DNA of 64,000 nucleotides from Escherichia phage nieznany. Below the pieces are notes generated by a model, which was not told the DNA's origin, ran no database searches, and was given only the letters and a program-made list of their open reading frames with translations. Of the stretch, positions 1 through 8,963 are shown piece by piece. The translations under genes and the position numbers were made by a program. The DNA lies in the sequence record NC_052659.1. One strand, 5' to 3'. Numbering within the stretch: position 1 is the stretch's first letter; every line of letters starts with the position of its first letter.

Positions 1-738
1 TTGGAATACGATATTGCTTCTCAAGGAGATAGCACAGAAGCTTTGATTAGTTATTGTGAAGACTCTGATGATATTCGTCGAACTTACGCTGGACACGTTG
101 TTGCTCCTTTAGATGTGCTCTACCTTCTTAAAATGAGTCATCGTTTTAAAAAGGATAGTCCTCACTTCTTTAAAACTATGAAAGATATTCATTTCATGCG
201 ATCACTAGGCGCAAAGATCCCAGAAAATCTTAAGAGTATTTATGAGTTGCGTGAGAAAGAAACATACACTTACTCTCATCCAAACTTAAACGTGAGAAGT
301 AAAGACTTCTTTAAAGGTGATGAGGTTCCGTATGTTTATGATCATGACTCTATTCATGAAGCAATCGCAGTAATGGATGCTCCAGCATATAAATCTTATA
401 TGAAAGATGGAAGTGAAGTTATGACCAGCAAAGAAAAGTTTTTTGCTCAACCAAAACATGTGCGCCTGTTAGGTGTTTATGAAGAAGCGTGTGTTTTGGC
501 TTTGGAACGTTCACAAATTCCTTTCGGTGAAGAGATCGGAGGTCCAACCCCTAAGCAAAGTTTTATGATGGCTTTATCTAAAGTTTGCACATCTATCACT
601 AGTGGTTGGTTTAGGGAATATGCTTGGGAGAACTTTTATATTGTTACTAAACTATATGAAAACATGGGTGAAAACGACTATGTTGAACGTTTTAAAGCTA
701 ATCGACATGTAGTTAAGCCTTTTGAAGGAGGTTATTAA
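1..738 (+). CDS. hypothetical protein (5' end may lie outside window)
   Basis: 245-codon ORF running from window edge; no recognisable motif. Confidence 0.45.
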   Translation: MEYDIASQGDSTEALISYCEDSDDIRRTYAGHVVAPLDVLYLLKMSHRFKKDSPHFFKTMKDIHFMRSLGAKIPENLKSIYELREKETYTYSHPNLNVRSKDFFKGDEVPYVYDHDSIHEAIAVMDAPAYKSYMKDGSEVMTSKEKFFAQPKHVRLLGVYEEACVLALERSQIPFGEEIGGPTPKQSFMMALSKVCTSITSGWFREYAWENFYIVTKLYENMGENDYVERFKANRHVVKPFEGGY

Positions 739-739
739 T

Positions 740-1135
740 ATGTGTGGATATCTTTCAGAAAGTTATTTCAAAGTGACGCATGAGGATTTAGAAAAAGCAC
801 GATTGAAATTGACAGCTATTATTGAATACTCTAATACTGTTGATCACAGATTAAAGACTACTAAAGTATCTGTTCCTTGTTGGTTAGGTTTACGGCATAA
901 AACAATGTCTCAACATGATCATGTTGTTCGAGAGATGCATGGTTGGTGTTGGTTTCACGATGTGGCTTTGCATTTTGGTTATATTACAGAAGAAGAACAT
1001 AGATTCTGTGAACTAACGTATCGTATTCCAACCCTTCACGATCTAGATTTGTGGAAGAAAGCAAACGAGATTTTTCTTACAGAAAGTGATTGGCGTAAAG
1101 TTATGGCTTGTCTTGAATGGAGGGGTAATGAGTAA
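740..1135 (+). CDS. hypothetical protein
   Basis: ATG at 740 preceded by GAAGGAGG; ORF track frame 722..1135. Confidence 0.45.
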   Translation: MCGYLSESYFKVTHEDLEKARLKLTAIIEYSNTVDHRLKTTKVSVPCWLGLRHKTMSQHDHVVREMHGWCWFHDVALHFGYITEEEHRFCELTYRIPTLHDLDLWKKANEIFLTESDWRKVMACLEWRGNE

Positions 1136-1811
1136 AACAGTTTTGTCTATGTTTGACGGATCTGGGATCATGGTGTTACGTTATGCTGAAGCAGGTCACA
1201 AGTGTTTTTGTGTAAACGCTGATGAAGGGGACCACGGTAAATACGAGGTTAGGATGGAGCACCCAAACATAACCTATGTGAATGCTTGGATAGATTCTAC
1301 ATTCAACCCTGAAGATCATGGAATACCTAAACCCGATATTATTTTTGGATTTCCACCTTGCACTATGTTAGCAGGTAGTGGTAGCAAACACGAACGCAGC
1401 ACAGAGGAATTAGATGAAGCTTTAGCTAATATTCGTGTAGTGGAAGCTTTGGGTAACAAATACAATGTTCCTTGGATGATTGAGAACCCAGTAGGTAAAC
1501 TTTCAACCTTATGGCGTAAACCCGATTTTTACTTTGATCCTTATGAGTATGGTGGGTATTTGTTTGAAGAGGAAGGAAGCTTTCATCCTAAAATGCCTAC
1601 CCGCGATGGGTATACAAAGAAAACTTGTATTTGGCACGGGAATGGTTTTGTTCAACCAGTGAAGAAACCAGTAGATCATATAGGCTGCTTCTGGGGTTGG
1701 AAAAGCTTAGGCGGAGCTAGTGCAAAAACAAAACAACTTAGATCACTAACCGCACGTGGTTTTGCTCGTGCAGTGTTTTTGTCTAACAATCTTCTAGATA
1801 AGGAGAAATAA
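1128..1811 (+). CDS. SAM-dependent methyltransferase, DNA cytosine-5 MTase-like (short)
   Basis: Motifs FDGSG (motif I-like), FPPCT (PC motif IV-like), ENP (ENV-like); ATG 1128 after GGAGGG, overlaps upstream stop. Confidence 0.4.
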   Translation: MSKTVLSMFDGSGIMVLRYAEAGHKCFCVNADEGDHGKYEVRMEHPNITYVNAWIDSTFNPEDHGIPKPDIIFGFPPCTMLAGSGSKHERSTEELDEALANIRVVEALGNKYNVPWMIENPVGKLSTLWRKPDFYFDPYEYGGYLFEEEGSFHPKMPTRDGYTKKTCIWHGNGFVQPVKKPVDHIGCFWGWKSLGGASAKTKQLRSLTARGFARAVFLSNNLLDKEK

Positions 1812-2464
1812 TGTCAAATTCCAAACCAGTAGTTGCTTATCAAGTAGATCGTAATGATGGTGAAGGAAGTGTTGTTATTTTCAGTACACACGGTCTTGAG
1901 GCTCGTCGAAAAGGTGCGTATCGTTTAGAATGTGAGTTTGAAGACTGCACAAGCCACCGTGTCAAACAATTTGATCAATATGCAGATAAAGGTTTTGTCC
2001 CTATCAAAGCCTTGCTGGAAGATGGTTGGTGGGTATATTCCGCTTTTGACTACTCAAAGTTGGAGGAGTCAGCTTCGTGCGCATCCGAGATCGAATATGA
2101 TGATTACTATGACACTCTCTACCTTCCAGAATGGCTTGTCTTTTCCCCTGATGAGAGAAGCGTCTGGAAAACTTGGGAAGAAATGGAGAGACATGCATAT
2201 AGCATCAATGAAGCCTTAGATCGTAAAGCTTGGTTTATTGAGGCAGTAAAGGCGGCATACCCTCAATTTTCATTCTGTGATTTCACTGGTGGCCCAGGGT
2301 ACATTACACATACAGCCTCTTTTGAGTTCCCTGGTTCACGTTATAAAGGTAACGTTTATTGGGATTGGGATGAAAATAAACAACCTTCGGCTCAAGACTT
2401 CCGTTGCTATGTTTGCCAAGGTGATCAAGAAGCCCTTGACAAATACCTACAAAGTCTGGTATAG
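1811..2464 (+). CDS. hypothetical protein
   Basis: 217-aa ORF, AAGGAG RBS, start overlaps upstream stop. Confidence 0.5.
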   Translation: MSNSKPVVAYQVDRNDGEGSVVIFSTHGLEARRKGAYRLECEFEDCTSHRVKQFDQYADKGFVPIKALLEDGWWVYSAFDYSKLEESASCASEIEYDDYYDTLYLPEWLVFSPDERSVWKTWEEMERHAYSINEALDRKAWFIEAVKAAYPQFSFCDFTGGPGYITHTASFEFPGSRYKGNVYWDWDENKQPSAQDFRCYVCQGDQEALDKYLQSLV

Positions 2465-2479
2465 TGCCAACATCTGAAC

Positions 2480-2510
2480 AAAGCCTCCTGTTTCAGGGGG
2501 CTTTTCTTTT
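2480..2510 (+). terminator. rho-independent terminator candidate
   Basis: GC hairpin GCCTCCTG..CAGGGGGC followed by TTTTCTTTT. Confidence 0.5.
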
Positions 2511-2522
2511 ATAGGAGGGAAT

Positions 2523-2996
2523 ATGTTTCAAGTAAATGTCAATGTGCATAATAGTTACTCTGATTGTGAGACGTGTGGCTATAATTCATCTAATGTTGTT
2601 CGTATTAGTGGCGATTTAGGAGAAGCTTCTTTTGGAGAAGAAGCAAGTTGCTTTAGTGGTATGGATGCAGAATGGAACGATATTGCACATTGGTTGGTGA
2701 GCAAACTAAAAGAAAAAGAGAAACCATTTCCTACTCTGCTTGATCGTTCTCTTGTAGAAGATGCAGGTAAAGCATATGCAGACTATGCGTATGCAGACGG
2801 GAAATATTTGGAAGATGATAAGGCTAACCATTTGCTTTATGTTTACTATGAAGCTGAATCTGCCTACGATAATTATTATAGCATGTCTAACATCCTACGT
2901 CTGTTTGCAGAGTTTGATATTTATTTCGAAGTAGAATTTTCAGAAGATGATACTTACGAATATGATTCTTATGATCCATTTGAGGAGGACGAATAA
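2523..2996 (+). CDS. acidic hypothetical protein
   Basis: 157-aa ORF after TAGGAGGG RBS; D/E/Y-rich C-terminus. Confidence 0.45.
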   Translation: MFQVNVNVHNSYSDCETCGYNSSNVVRISGDLGEASFGEEASCFSGMDAEWNDIAHWLVSKLKEKEKPFPTLLDRSLVEDAGKAYADYAYADGKYLEDDKANHLLYVYYEAESAYDNYYSMSNILRLFAEFDIYFEVEFSEDDTYEYDSYDPFEEDE

Positions 2997-3796
2997 TGCC
3001 AAGACGTGTATATTTTATTAGTGGTGCGGGACTAAGTGCTGACAGCGGAATCCAAACATTTCGCACAGAAACAGATTCTGGAAAGGCATTATGGGATGAA
3101 TACGATTTAACAGAAGTCTGTGACATTTTCAACTTCCGTGACGGTTATCAGCAAGAACAGGGTATTCCTGATGCTATGGGTGGCTTAGATGTGGAAGGAT
3201 ATAACCTCTACCGTAAAACTCACGACTTCTACAATAAACGTCGCGTGGAATTAGAGAAAGTTGACCCGAATCCAGCACATCTTCAGATTGGAGAATGGTT
3301 CGAAAAATACGGTGCAGAAAGGATTATTAACATTACTACTAACGTTGACGATCTATTAGAACGCGCTGGAATCGATAGAGAAGAAATATTGCACGTTCAT
3401 GGTTTCTTGCCAGAAGTTGTTGTTGATAACAAAATTATCAAAGATGTGGGTTACGCAGCTATTGATGTAGACGATTACAAATATGTGAAGCCTAATGTGG
3501 TGTTTTTTGGTGAGAATGCACCACTCTACACAGACATGTATCACAAACTGGATCAACTAACATCACAAGATATGGTTATCGTTGTAGGCTGCTCTAACCA
3601 AGTAATCAACTTCAACTGGGAACTCTTCCCTGCCCTGAATATTGGGGTTAAGATGGTTGTAGTTAACCCAGGTTTGAATTTTGTAGAACAAACTCTCTAC
3701 GAAGAACGTGGAGTGCTTGTCTACCGAGAGAAAGCAGGAACAGTCTTCAGTGATGAAGGCTTTATCAAAATGGTTGAAGACCATTTAAACAAATAA
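2996..3796 (+). CDS. Sir2-family (sirtuin-like) NAD-dependent protein
   Basis: FISGAGLSADSGIQTFR matches sirtuin GAGIS..GIP.FR NAD-binding motif; NITTNVDDLLERAG..HVHG matches sirtuin N.D.L..AG..LHG region. Confidence 0.65.
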   Translation: MPRRVYFISGAGLSADSGIQTFRTETDSGKALWDEYDLTEVCDIFNFRDGYQQEQGIPDAMGGLDVEGYNLYRKTHDFYNKRRVELEKVDPNPAHLQIGEWFEKYGAERIINITTNVDDLLERAGIDREEILHVHGFLPEVVVDNKIIKDVGYAAIDVDDYKYVKPNVVFFGENAPLYTDMYHKLDQLTSQDMVIVVGCSNQVINFNWELFPALNIGVKMVVVNPGLNFVEQTLYEERGVLVYREKAGTVFSDEGFIKMVEDHLNK

Positions 3797-3802
3797 ACCA
3801 CT

Positions 3803-3826
3803 CAAGGGGCTTCGGCCCCTTTCTTA
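3803..3826 (+). terminator. rho-independent terminator candidate
   Basis: GGGGCTTCGGCCCC hairpin followed by TTTCTT. Confidence 0.5.
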
Positions 3827-3839
3827 TTAGGAGAATAAA

Positions 3840-4112
3840 ATGACTGAAGAAATCCGTGATTACTACCTTGCACATTACGTTTACTACTTTGCTAATGCTA
3901 CACAAAAAGGGGAAGGTAATCTTTACTTGGCAACAGGACATGGAACAGGTGTTAGGAAATCAAATATTGATAATGCCTTGGCTCAAGTAGCTGCGGGGCT
4001 AGAAGATAAACTTCAAACACCTGTAGTTGCAGTGATGCAAAATATAAGTTACCTAGCAAGTTGTACTGAAACCGAATTTAACGCATCTGAAACGCAATCT
4101 AACGAAGAATAA
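3840..4112 (+). CDS. hypothetical protein
   Basis: 90-aa ORF after AGGAGAATAAA RBS. Confidence 0.4.
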   Translation: MTEEIRDYYLAHYVYYFANATQKGEGNLYLATGHGTGVRKSNIDNALAQVAAGLEDKLQTPVVAVMQNISYLASCTETEFNASETQSNEE

Positions 4113-4116
4113 AACA

Positions 4117-4148
4117 AAGGCACCCAAGTGGGTGCCTTTTCTATTTTA
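4117..4148. terminator. bidirectional terminator candidate at strand-switch point
   Basis: GGCACCCAAGTGGGTGCC hairpin flanked by A-run and T-run between converging blocks. Confidence 0.5.
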
Positions 4149-4181
4149 GAGCGTCTCTGTTCGATTTAGGTGGGTTCTAGC

Positions 4182-4412
4182 TTACTTGTGCAGTGCTCTC
4201 TCGTATAACTCAACAATCAATTCATCCTCTACTGTAATACGCGCCATTTGATCCGTCTTAAGAATTGTTGGTTGGTAGTGATGCATTTCACTATTAATAC
4301 TACAATCCCATTCATCATTACCTAAATACTCTCCTACATGAATCTTAACCATAAACGGAAACGGGTTATCTACCAAAAATGCCATACAACCTTCTTCGAT
4401 TTTATTTAACAC
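4182..4412 (-). CDS. hypothetical protein
   Basis: 76-aa ORF on minus strand. Confidence 0.4.
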   Translation of the reverse strand: MLNKIEEGCMAFLVDNPFPFMVKIHVGEYLGNDEWDCSINSEMHHYQPTILKTDQMARITVEDELIVELYERALHK

Positions 4413-4436
4413 ACGACCTCCTATTGCTACAGATAT

Positions 4437-4458
4437 GAAAAAACCCGCCGAAGCGGGT
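4437..4458 (-). terminator. rho-independent terminator candidate
   Basis: ACCCGCCGAAGCGGGT hairpin with T-run on minus strand. Confidence 0.45.
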
Positions 4459-4503
4459 TCTATTGCTACGATAGAATCACTATCCTATAGTATTGTTTCT
4501 GTG

Positions 4504-4785
4504 TCAAGCCTTAGCGTAGAAAAACTTCTCATATTCAGCTTTTGTTACGATTGTGGGGCAACCTTTTGTTCCATCCTCGATAACAGGGGCTTCTACCATT
4601 CTGGTGTTGAATAAGCAATAAGTTCCACGCATATAAATACCCAGTTTTGTTTGTACAATGTGCTCTTTACTTACGCTTGAAAACTTAATCTCACCATCGG
4701 AGTCTCTTATAGCAATAAGCGCATGTTCGGGCCAATCTTTTCCTTTTGCTCCTAAAGCATTATACAGTTCTTGAACGAGTTCCAT
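4504..4785 (-). CDS. hypothetical protein
   Basis: 93-aa ORF, RBS GGAGG upstream. Confidence 0.45.
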   Translation of the reverse strand: MELVQELYNALGAKGKDWPEHALIAIRDSDGEIKFSSVSKEHIVQTKLGIYMRGTYCLFNTRMVEAPVIEDGTKGCPTIVTKAEYEKFFYAKA

Positions 4786-4797
4786 ATTACCTCCTTA

Positions 4798-4998
4798 TTA
4801 AATAACAAATTTTTCTTCTTCTGGTTTATCGTAATCTGGAGAATAAACATGTGCAGGATTAAAACCTTTAAAATTTCCGCGACCTTTACGTGGACAATTG
4901 AATGTGCGAGCTTGATGATCCCCAAAAGATTTCCCACAATGCATACATTTAAAATCAGTGCGTTTAGTCATGCCGTATCTCCTTTTAAAAGGCTGCAC
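4798..4998 (-). CDS. small zinc-ribbon-like protein
   Basis: 66 aa with CxxC (CMHCGK) and C..RKGRG; basic. Confidence 0.4.
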   Translation of the reverse strand: MQPFKRRYGMTKRTDFKCMHCGKSFGDHQARTFNCPRKGRGNFKGFNPAHVYSPDYDKPEEEKFVI

Positions 4999-5134
4999 CT
5001 ATTGAAGATGCAGCTTTGATAGATTATTTAGATGAGTCTAAAATGTCTTTTACTTTTGCCGTGATAACGTCTTGATATTTGTTAATAAGATAGCCTACAA
5101 CTACACCTACGATAAATGAAACCATTATTTCTCC

Positions 5135-5743
5135 TTACTTAAGTGGTGAGAGAACAATCTCTCGGTTTTTTAAGAACCAAAGCATGTCATCTTGATCATA
5201 ATCTGATCCCTCTGTAGTAGAATTTTTGATAGAATCAAAAAACCAACGAGGTATACCAAAACAACTTCCAGATGACTGCACGTCTTTCTGTGACATTTTA
5301 AATGTGATTGGAAAATCACAATTATCAATCTCTCGAATATCTGCTGAAGATAAGATTGTAACTTCAACCAGTTCGTCGTTAGATGTAGTATCGTTGTCTT
5401 CCTGAATAATGTCAAATGCTTTTTGCACATCTTTTGCATCTAATGTTAAACCTGTGGCTTTCTGAAAAGCCGAAACAAAAATGAGAGCTTCTTCAGAGCA
5501 AGGGGCTTCCAGCAAATGAGCCATAATAGGTGACAAGCAAATGTTAAGATTTTTGTCATACCAACGAACAATCCACACAGGTGTTGATCCGTTTTGTTTG
5601 TCACGAGCCAAAATTGTAACGTGCTGACCCTCTTCTGGTATATGATACAAACCAGAAAAACCAGGGCCTGTAGTAGATTTTTTGACACGTGCTACATGTC
5701 CCACTTCTAAAGGATCTTTACCATCCCAAATCTTCTCTTCCAT
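5135..5743 (-). CDS. hypothetical protein
   Basis: 202-aa ORF with RBS. Confidence 0.5.
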   Translation of the reverse strand: MEEKIWDGKDPLEVGHVARVKKSTTGPGFSGLYHIPEEGQHVTILARDKQNGSTPVWIVRWYDKNLNICLSPIMAHLLEAPCSEEALIFVSAFQKATGLTLDAKDVQKAFDIIQEDNDTTSNDELVEVTILSSADIREIDNCDFPITFKMSQKDVQSSGSCFGIPRWFFDSIKNSTTEGSDYDQDDMLWFLKNREIVLSPLK

Positions 5744-5751
5744 ATAACCTC

Positions 5752-6015
5752 CTAAATAACATCTTTGAAATAGTGAATCACTTCAATATTATGATACAAA
5801 GTGCTTCGCTCTTTTGTGTACTCTGTTTTAGTAACAAACACTTTTGCAATACCGTACTTATGTGCTGGTAGGTTTGGATTAGTTTGCATAATTTCTTTCA
5901 CTACGCTTATAGTTTCGTGCTCGGATTCCCAATAAGTGAAGTAACCCTCACTATCAACGATTAAAGACTCGTTTTCAAGATCTACAAAACAGAAAAATAT
6001 TGACGGATGGCTCAT
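5752..6015 (-). CDS. hypothetical protein
   Basis: 87-aa ORF. Confidence 0.4.
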   Translation of the reverse strand: MSHPSIFFCFVDLENESLIVDSEGYFTYWESEHETISVVKEIMQTNPNLPAHKYGIAKVFVTKTEYTKERSTLYHNIEVIHYFKDVI

Positions 6016-6175
6016 TCTTTTTCTTCAACCTTCCTCAAAGCTTTTTGATCGAATATGGCGTGTTGCAATTCCCCGTTTTCATCGAACCAAGTTACTTTAC
6101 AAGATTCACCATAACTTTCTATTACTGTCATTTGTTTGTTTGCACCTTTAAGGCAAACCACATCACCTACTTGCA

Positions 6176-6625
6176 TCATGATTGAGTTCCTTTTTGTTTT
6201 TCAATAGCTGCACGAATTTCTGCTAAAGGTTCTGCTACCAAGTCTTCAACTTCTTGGATTTGTTCATTCATCACATCACGAACCATTTGAATACGCTCTT
6301 CAAGGGAAACAGCAAGTTCATCTGCATAAGCCATATTAAGAACGTGGTAGAAATTTTCTTGTGCACTTAAAGCACCAGATAACAAATAATCCTGATCTTC
6401 CTCTGGTAAAAGCATGTGTTGCTCATATTCAGCAAAAGTGTTTTTGTTAATCTCAAGCAAAGCACCCATCATAACATCATACTGATAATCTTTATGACCA
6501 GGATTGTTTAAAATAATATCTTCAAAGATATTAAGAAGAATCTTAGTAACAAAAGCATTGTTTTCGGCACCTTCCATCTGACGGATTACCGTGATTACTT
6601 CTTTTTCTTTAGCGTTTTGGCTCAT
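6176..6625 (-). CDS. hypothetical protein
   Basis: 149-aa ORF. Confidence 0.5.
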   Translation of the reverse strand: MSQNAKEKEVITVIRQMEGAENNAFVTKILLNIFEDIILNNPGHKDYQYDVMMGALLEINKNTFAEYEQHMLLPEEDQDYLLSGALSAQENFYHVLNMAYADELAVSLEERIQMVRDVMNEQIQEVEDLVAEPLAEIRAAIEKQKGTQS

Positions 6626-6815
6626 AGTGTTTCTCCTCTGATTCTATTTCGATATAGCCTGTGGTTTTGCACGGGTTACACTCGTAAATTTGACCTACAT
6701 CCGCCATAACATATCCTGCACCACCACAATAGGGGCAAGGCATAGGAGGACAAGGTATGGACGTAGTGATTGTTACGACATTATCAATTTCCAACATTTT
6801 CGCCATTATTACCAT
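6609..6815 (-). CDS. small Cys-rich (zinc-binding?) protein
   Basis: CPPMPCPYCGG ... CNPC motifs in 68 aa. Confidence 0.4.
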   Translation of the reverse strand: MVIMAKMLEIDNVVTITTSIPCPPMPCPYCGGAGYVMADVGQIYECNPCKTTGYIEIESEEKHYEPKR

Positions 6816-7057
6816 TCCGCTATTAACGTCAAACCAAGTGCATCGTTAAAACGCTCAACATTTGAGTATAGGTATGGAGGGGTTATTTGCTCTAAAATTT
6901 GTGCTGCTTCCACTTGGTGTTCTATGTTTTGAGAAGTTCGGGCATAAACTAAGACACCCATTTTATTCAAAATAAAAACAGAATCAGACCCATCCAGCTT
7001 ATCAACGGCTGCATACATTTTAGTCATATTTTCTCCTGGATTACCATTCAGCAACAA
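6809..7057 (-). CDS. hypothetical protein
   Basis: 82-aa ORF. Confidence 0.4.
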   Translation of the reverse strand: MLLNGNPGENMTKMYAAVDKLDGSDSVFILNKMGVLVYARTSQNIEHQVEAAQILEQITPPYLYSNVERFNDALGLTLIAEW

Positions 7058-7256
7058 GACTAGGATTCATAGCAAAAGCTTTGAAAGTTGTTATGTCATG
7101 ACTAACATTAAAACTAACACCTTTTACTTTCTCTAATATTTGAACTTTCGTCTCTCCGTCCCACGGTAGGATGATAACACCATCTTCTGTGATCAACCAC
7201 CAATGGTTCTCTCCATCTCGTGAATCTTTTGCTTTGTATAGAAAATTGGAACTCAT
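7041..7256 (-). CDS. hypothetical protein
   Basis: 71-aa ORF; TTGACA-N17-TTACAT promoter-like sequence upstream on minus strand. Confidence 0.4.
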   Translation of the reverse strand: MSSNFLYKAKDSRDGENHWWLITEDGVIILPWDGETKVQILEKVKGVSFNVSHDITTFKAFAMNPSLVAEW

Positions 7257-7457
7257 TCTTCCTCCTGTTCGGTATTATTCACCTGTGAGACACAATGTAA
7301 CACAAGTTTTGTGAGTTTGTCAAGGATCTAATTACATTCTACAGAAGAAGAGGGTTAATAACTATAGGAATAGTCTTACTATAGGTGCAATACTAGTTAA
7401 GAGTTAGATTGATAGGTAAGACTTATCTTAAACAGATAATTGATAGGTGAGTCACCA

Positions 7458-7520
7458 TTGACTTTTTCAAAAAAGTATGGTACCCTAAACATATGTTTAC
7501 GAGCGATAGCGAGTAGTAGA
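7458..7520 (+). repeat. about 60-bp repeated element (copy 1) with promoter-like TTGACT-N17-TACCCT and conserved CGAGCGATAGCGAGTA box
   Basis: Near-identical to 34420-34480. Confidence 0.45.
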
Positions 7521-7616
7521 TTTCTATATAATAATGTTTCATGTTACTCACGATAGTGAGGTATGAAACGTAAGTGAAGGTAGATAAACTATGATCATCT
7601 ATCTACCATCTATTAA

Positions 7617-7826
7617 TCAATATAGATCTAATGTTAGACTAACAGTTATCCAACAAACAATAGCAGTCCATATAACAAGTAATGATCTACAAACTACATC
7701 CCATTCGAATACATTGTATGTTAACCATTCTCCCATCACAACACAAGAACCTAACCAACATCCGACAATAACTATAATCCAATAAAAGAATCCTACAGTA
7801 GAGTATACAGCAAAAGCTTTTAACAT
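7617..7826 (-). CDS. small membrane protein
   Basis: 69 aa, hydrophobic segments; ATG overlaps upstream reading frame. Confidence 0.4.
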   Translation of the reverse strand: MLKAFAVYSTVGFFYWIIVIVGCWLGSCVVMGEWLTYNVFEWDVVCRSLLVIWTAIVCWITVSLTLDLY

Positions 7827-8239
7827 CTTTCCTCCAGAAGTTGTTCAACAGTTTGACGAGTATGATTGTCCCAGTAAACCTTAGTGAAGTCAAGAGTTCC
7901 TTGTTCGTTTCTCTTAGTTTCGAAGAAGTATCCGCCTTCTCTTTCTACTCTGTCTCTAATGTGCTCTATGAGGTGCTTTTTACAAGATGCTGATAAACAA
8001 TAGTCATACTCCCCACGAAGTAACGCTATAGCTGCAAGTCTGTTATCACCAACTTAAGATATTGTCCAAGAAAGCATACTACCTTCTATACCTAAAGGTG
8101 TTTGTCGAATGGAATATCCACCATGCCGACTGATAGAAATTATGGCAAGTGGTTCTCCTGTTAGAGATCTTCCTAATGCACCTTCTGTTGGACTTCCTTC
8201 AACAATACGTTTGAAAAAAGCTTTGATCTTACCTAACAT
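7820..8239 (-). pseudogene. reading frame interrupted by in-frame TAA (61 codons + TAA + 76 codons); pseudogene or readthrough candidate
   Basis: ORF 8054..8239 and a start-less 76-codon ORF (stop 7820-7822) are in the same frame separated only by TAA at 8054-8056. Confidence 0.35.
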
Positions 8240-8256
8240 AAGTCCCCCTTAAAAAC

Positions 8257-8391
8257 TTACTTGTTTAAAGTATCTCTTACTTGTTCTGCTTGACGTTTAG
8301 TAATAAAAGTCCCAACCGAAACGTTAAACTCATTGACTACAGAGAACGATCCATCACGGTTCTCACGAATATTAAACAATTTCTTACTCAT
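8257..8391 (-). CDS. small protein (44 aa)
   Basis: ATG preceded by GGAGGAGGTAGAA on minus strand; not in ORF track (<60 aa). Confidence 0.4.
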   Translation of the reverse strand: MSKKLFNIRENRDGSFSVVNEFNVSVGTFITKRQAEQVRDTLNK

Positions 8392-8587
8392 TTCTACCTC
8401 CTCCGATGCTTTGTGCCGTACCATCCCAAGCCATTAGAATATTTGCCAATAGTTCACGAGGCTCTTTAAACCAAACTTCCATTTCATCAAGAATCTCGTC
8501 CGTGTCGTAAGTATAACCTGGAACACCAAGTTCACATTTCTTAAGATAGCTTTCTAACCAGCGGTGATAATTCTTAACCCCATTCAT
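8384..8587 (-). CDS. hypothetical protein
   Basis: 67-aa ORF, start overlaps upstream stop. Confidence 0.35.
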   Translation of the reverse strand: MNGVKNYHRWLESYLKKCELGVPGYTYDTDEILDEMEVWFKEPRELLANILMAWDGTAQSIGGGRNE

Positions 8588-8960
8588 ACTGTGCTACCTT
8601 TTCTTTTACCCAATCTACACGATCTTTATCATAATGTTGAGTGCCAAGGAAAAGACCATTGTGGAAACTTTCCTCACCGAAAGGATAAATCGGATCTAAA
8701 CCATCTTCTTCAAATAACATTTTTAGTCTCTGTGATGTAGATTTCTTAGTTTCTGAGTTGTAGCTTGTGGTTATAAGCCAATCTTCCAAACAACGACACA
8801 AACCTTGACGAGAATCCCAAGGAAAAACACAATCTCCGACAGGAGCTTGTTCAGCCCATTTCAACCAGCCTTTAAAAAAGTTATACAGTATGTAGTCTTC
8901 AGTGTAATACATTATCTCCTCCTTTACGTATACAATAACACCCCGAAGAACGGGGTGCAA
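8574..8960 (-). CDS. hypothetical protein
   Basis: 128-aa ORF with GGAGGAG RBS. Confidence 0.5.
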   Translation of the reverse strand: MHPVLRGVIVYVKEEIMYYTEDYILYNFFKGWLKWAEQAPVGDCVFPWDSRQGLCRCLEDWLITTSYNSETKKSTSQRLKMLFEEDGLDPIYPFGEESFHNGLFLGTQHYDKDRVDWVKEKVAQYEWG

Positions 8961-8963
8961 CTG

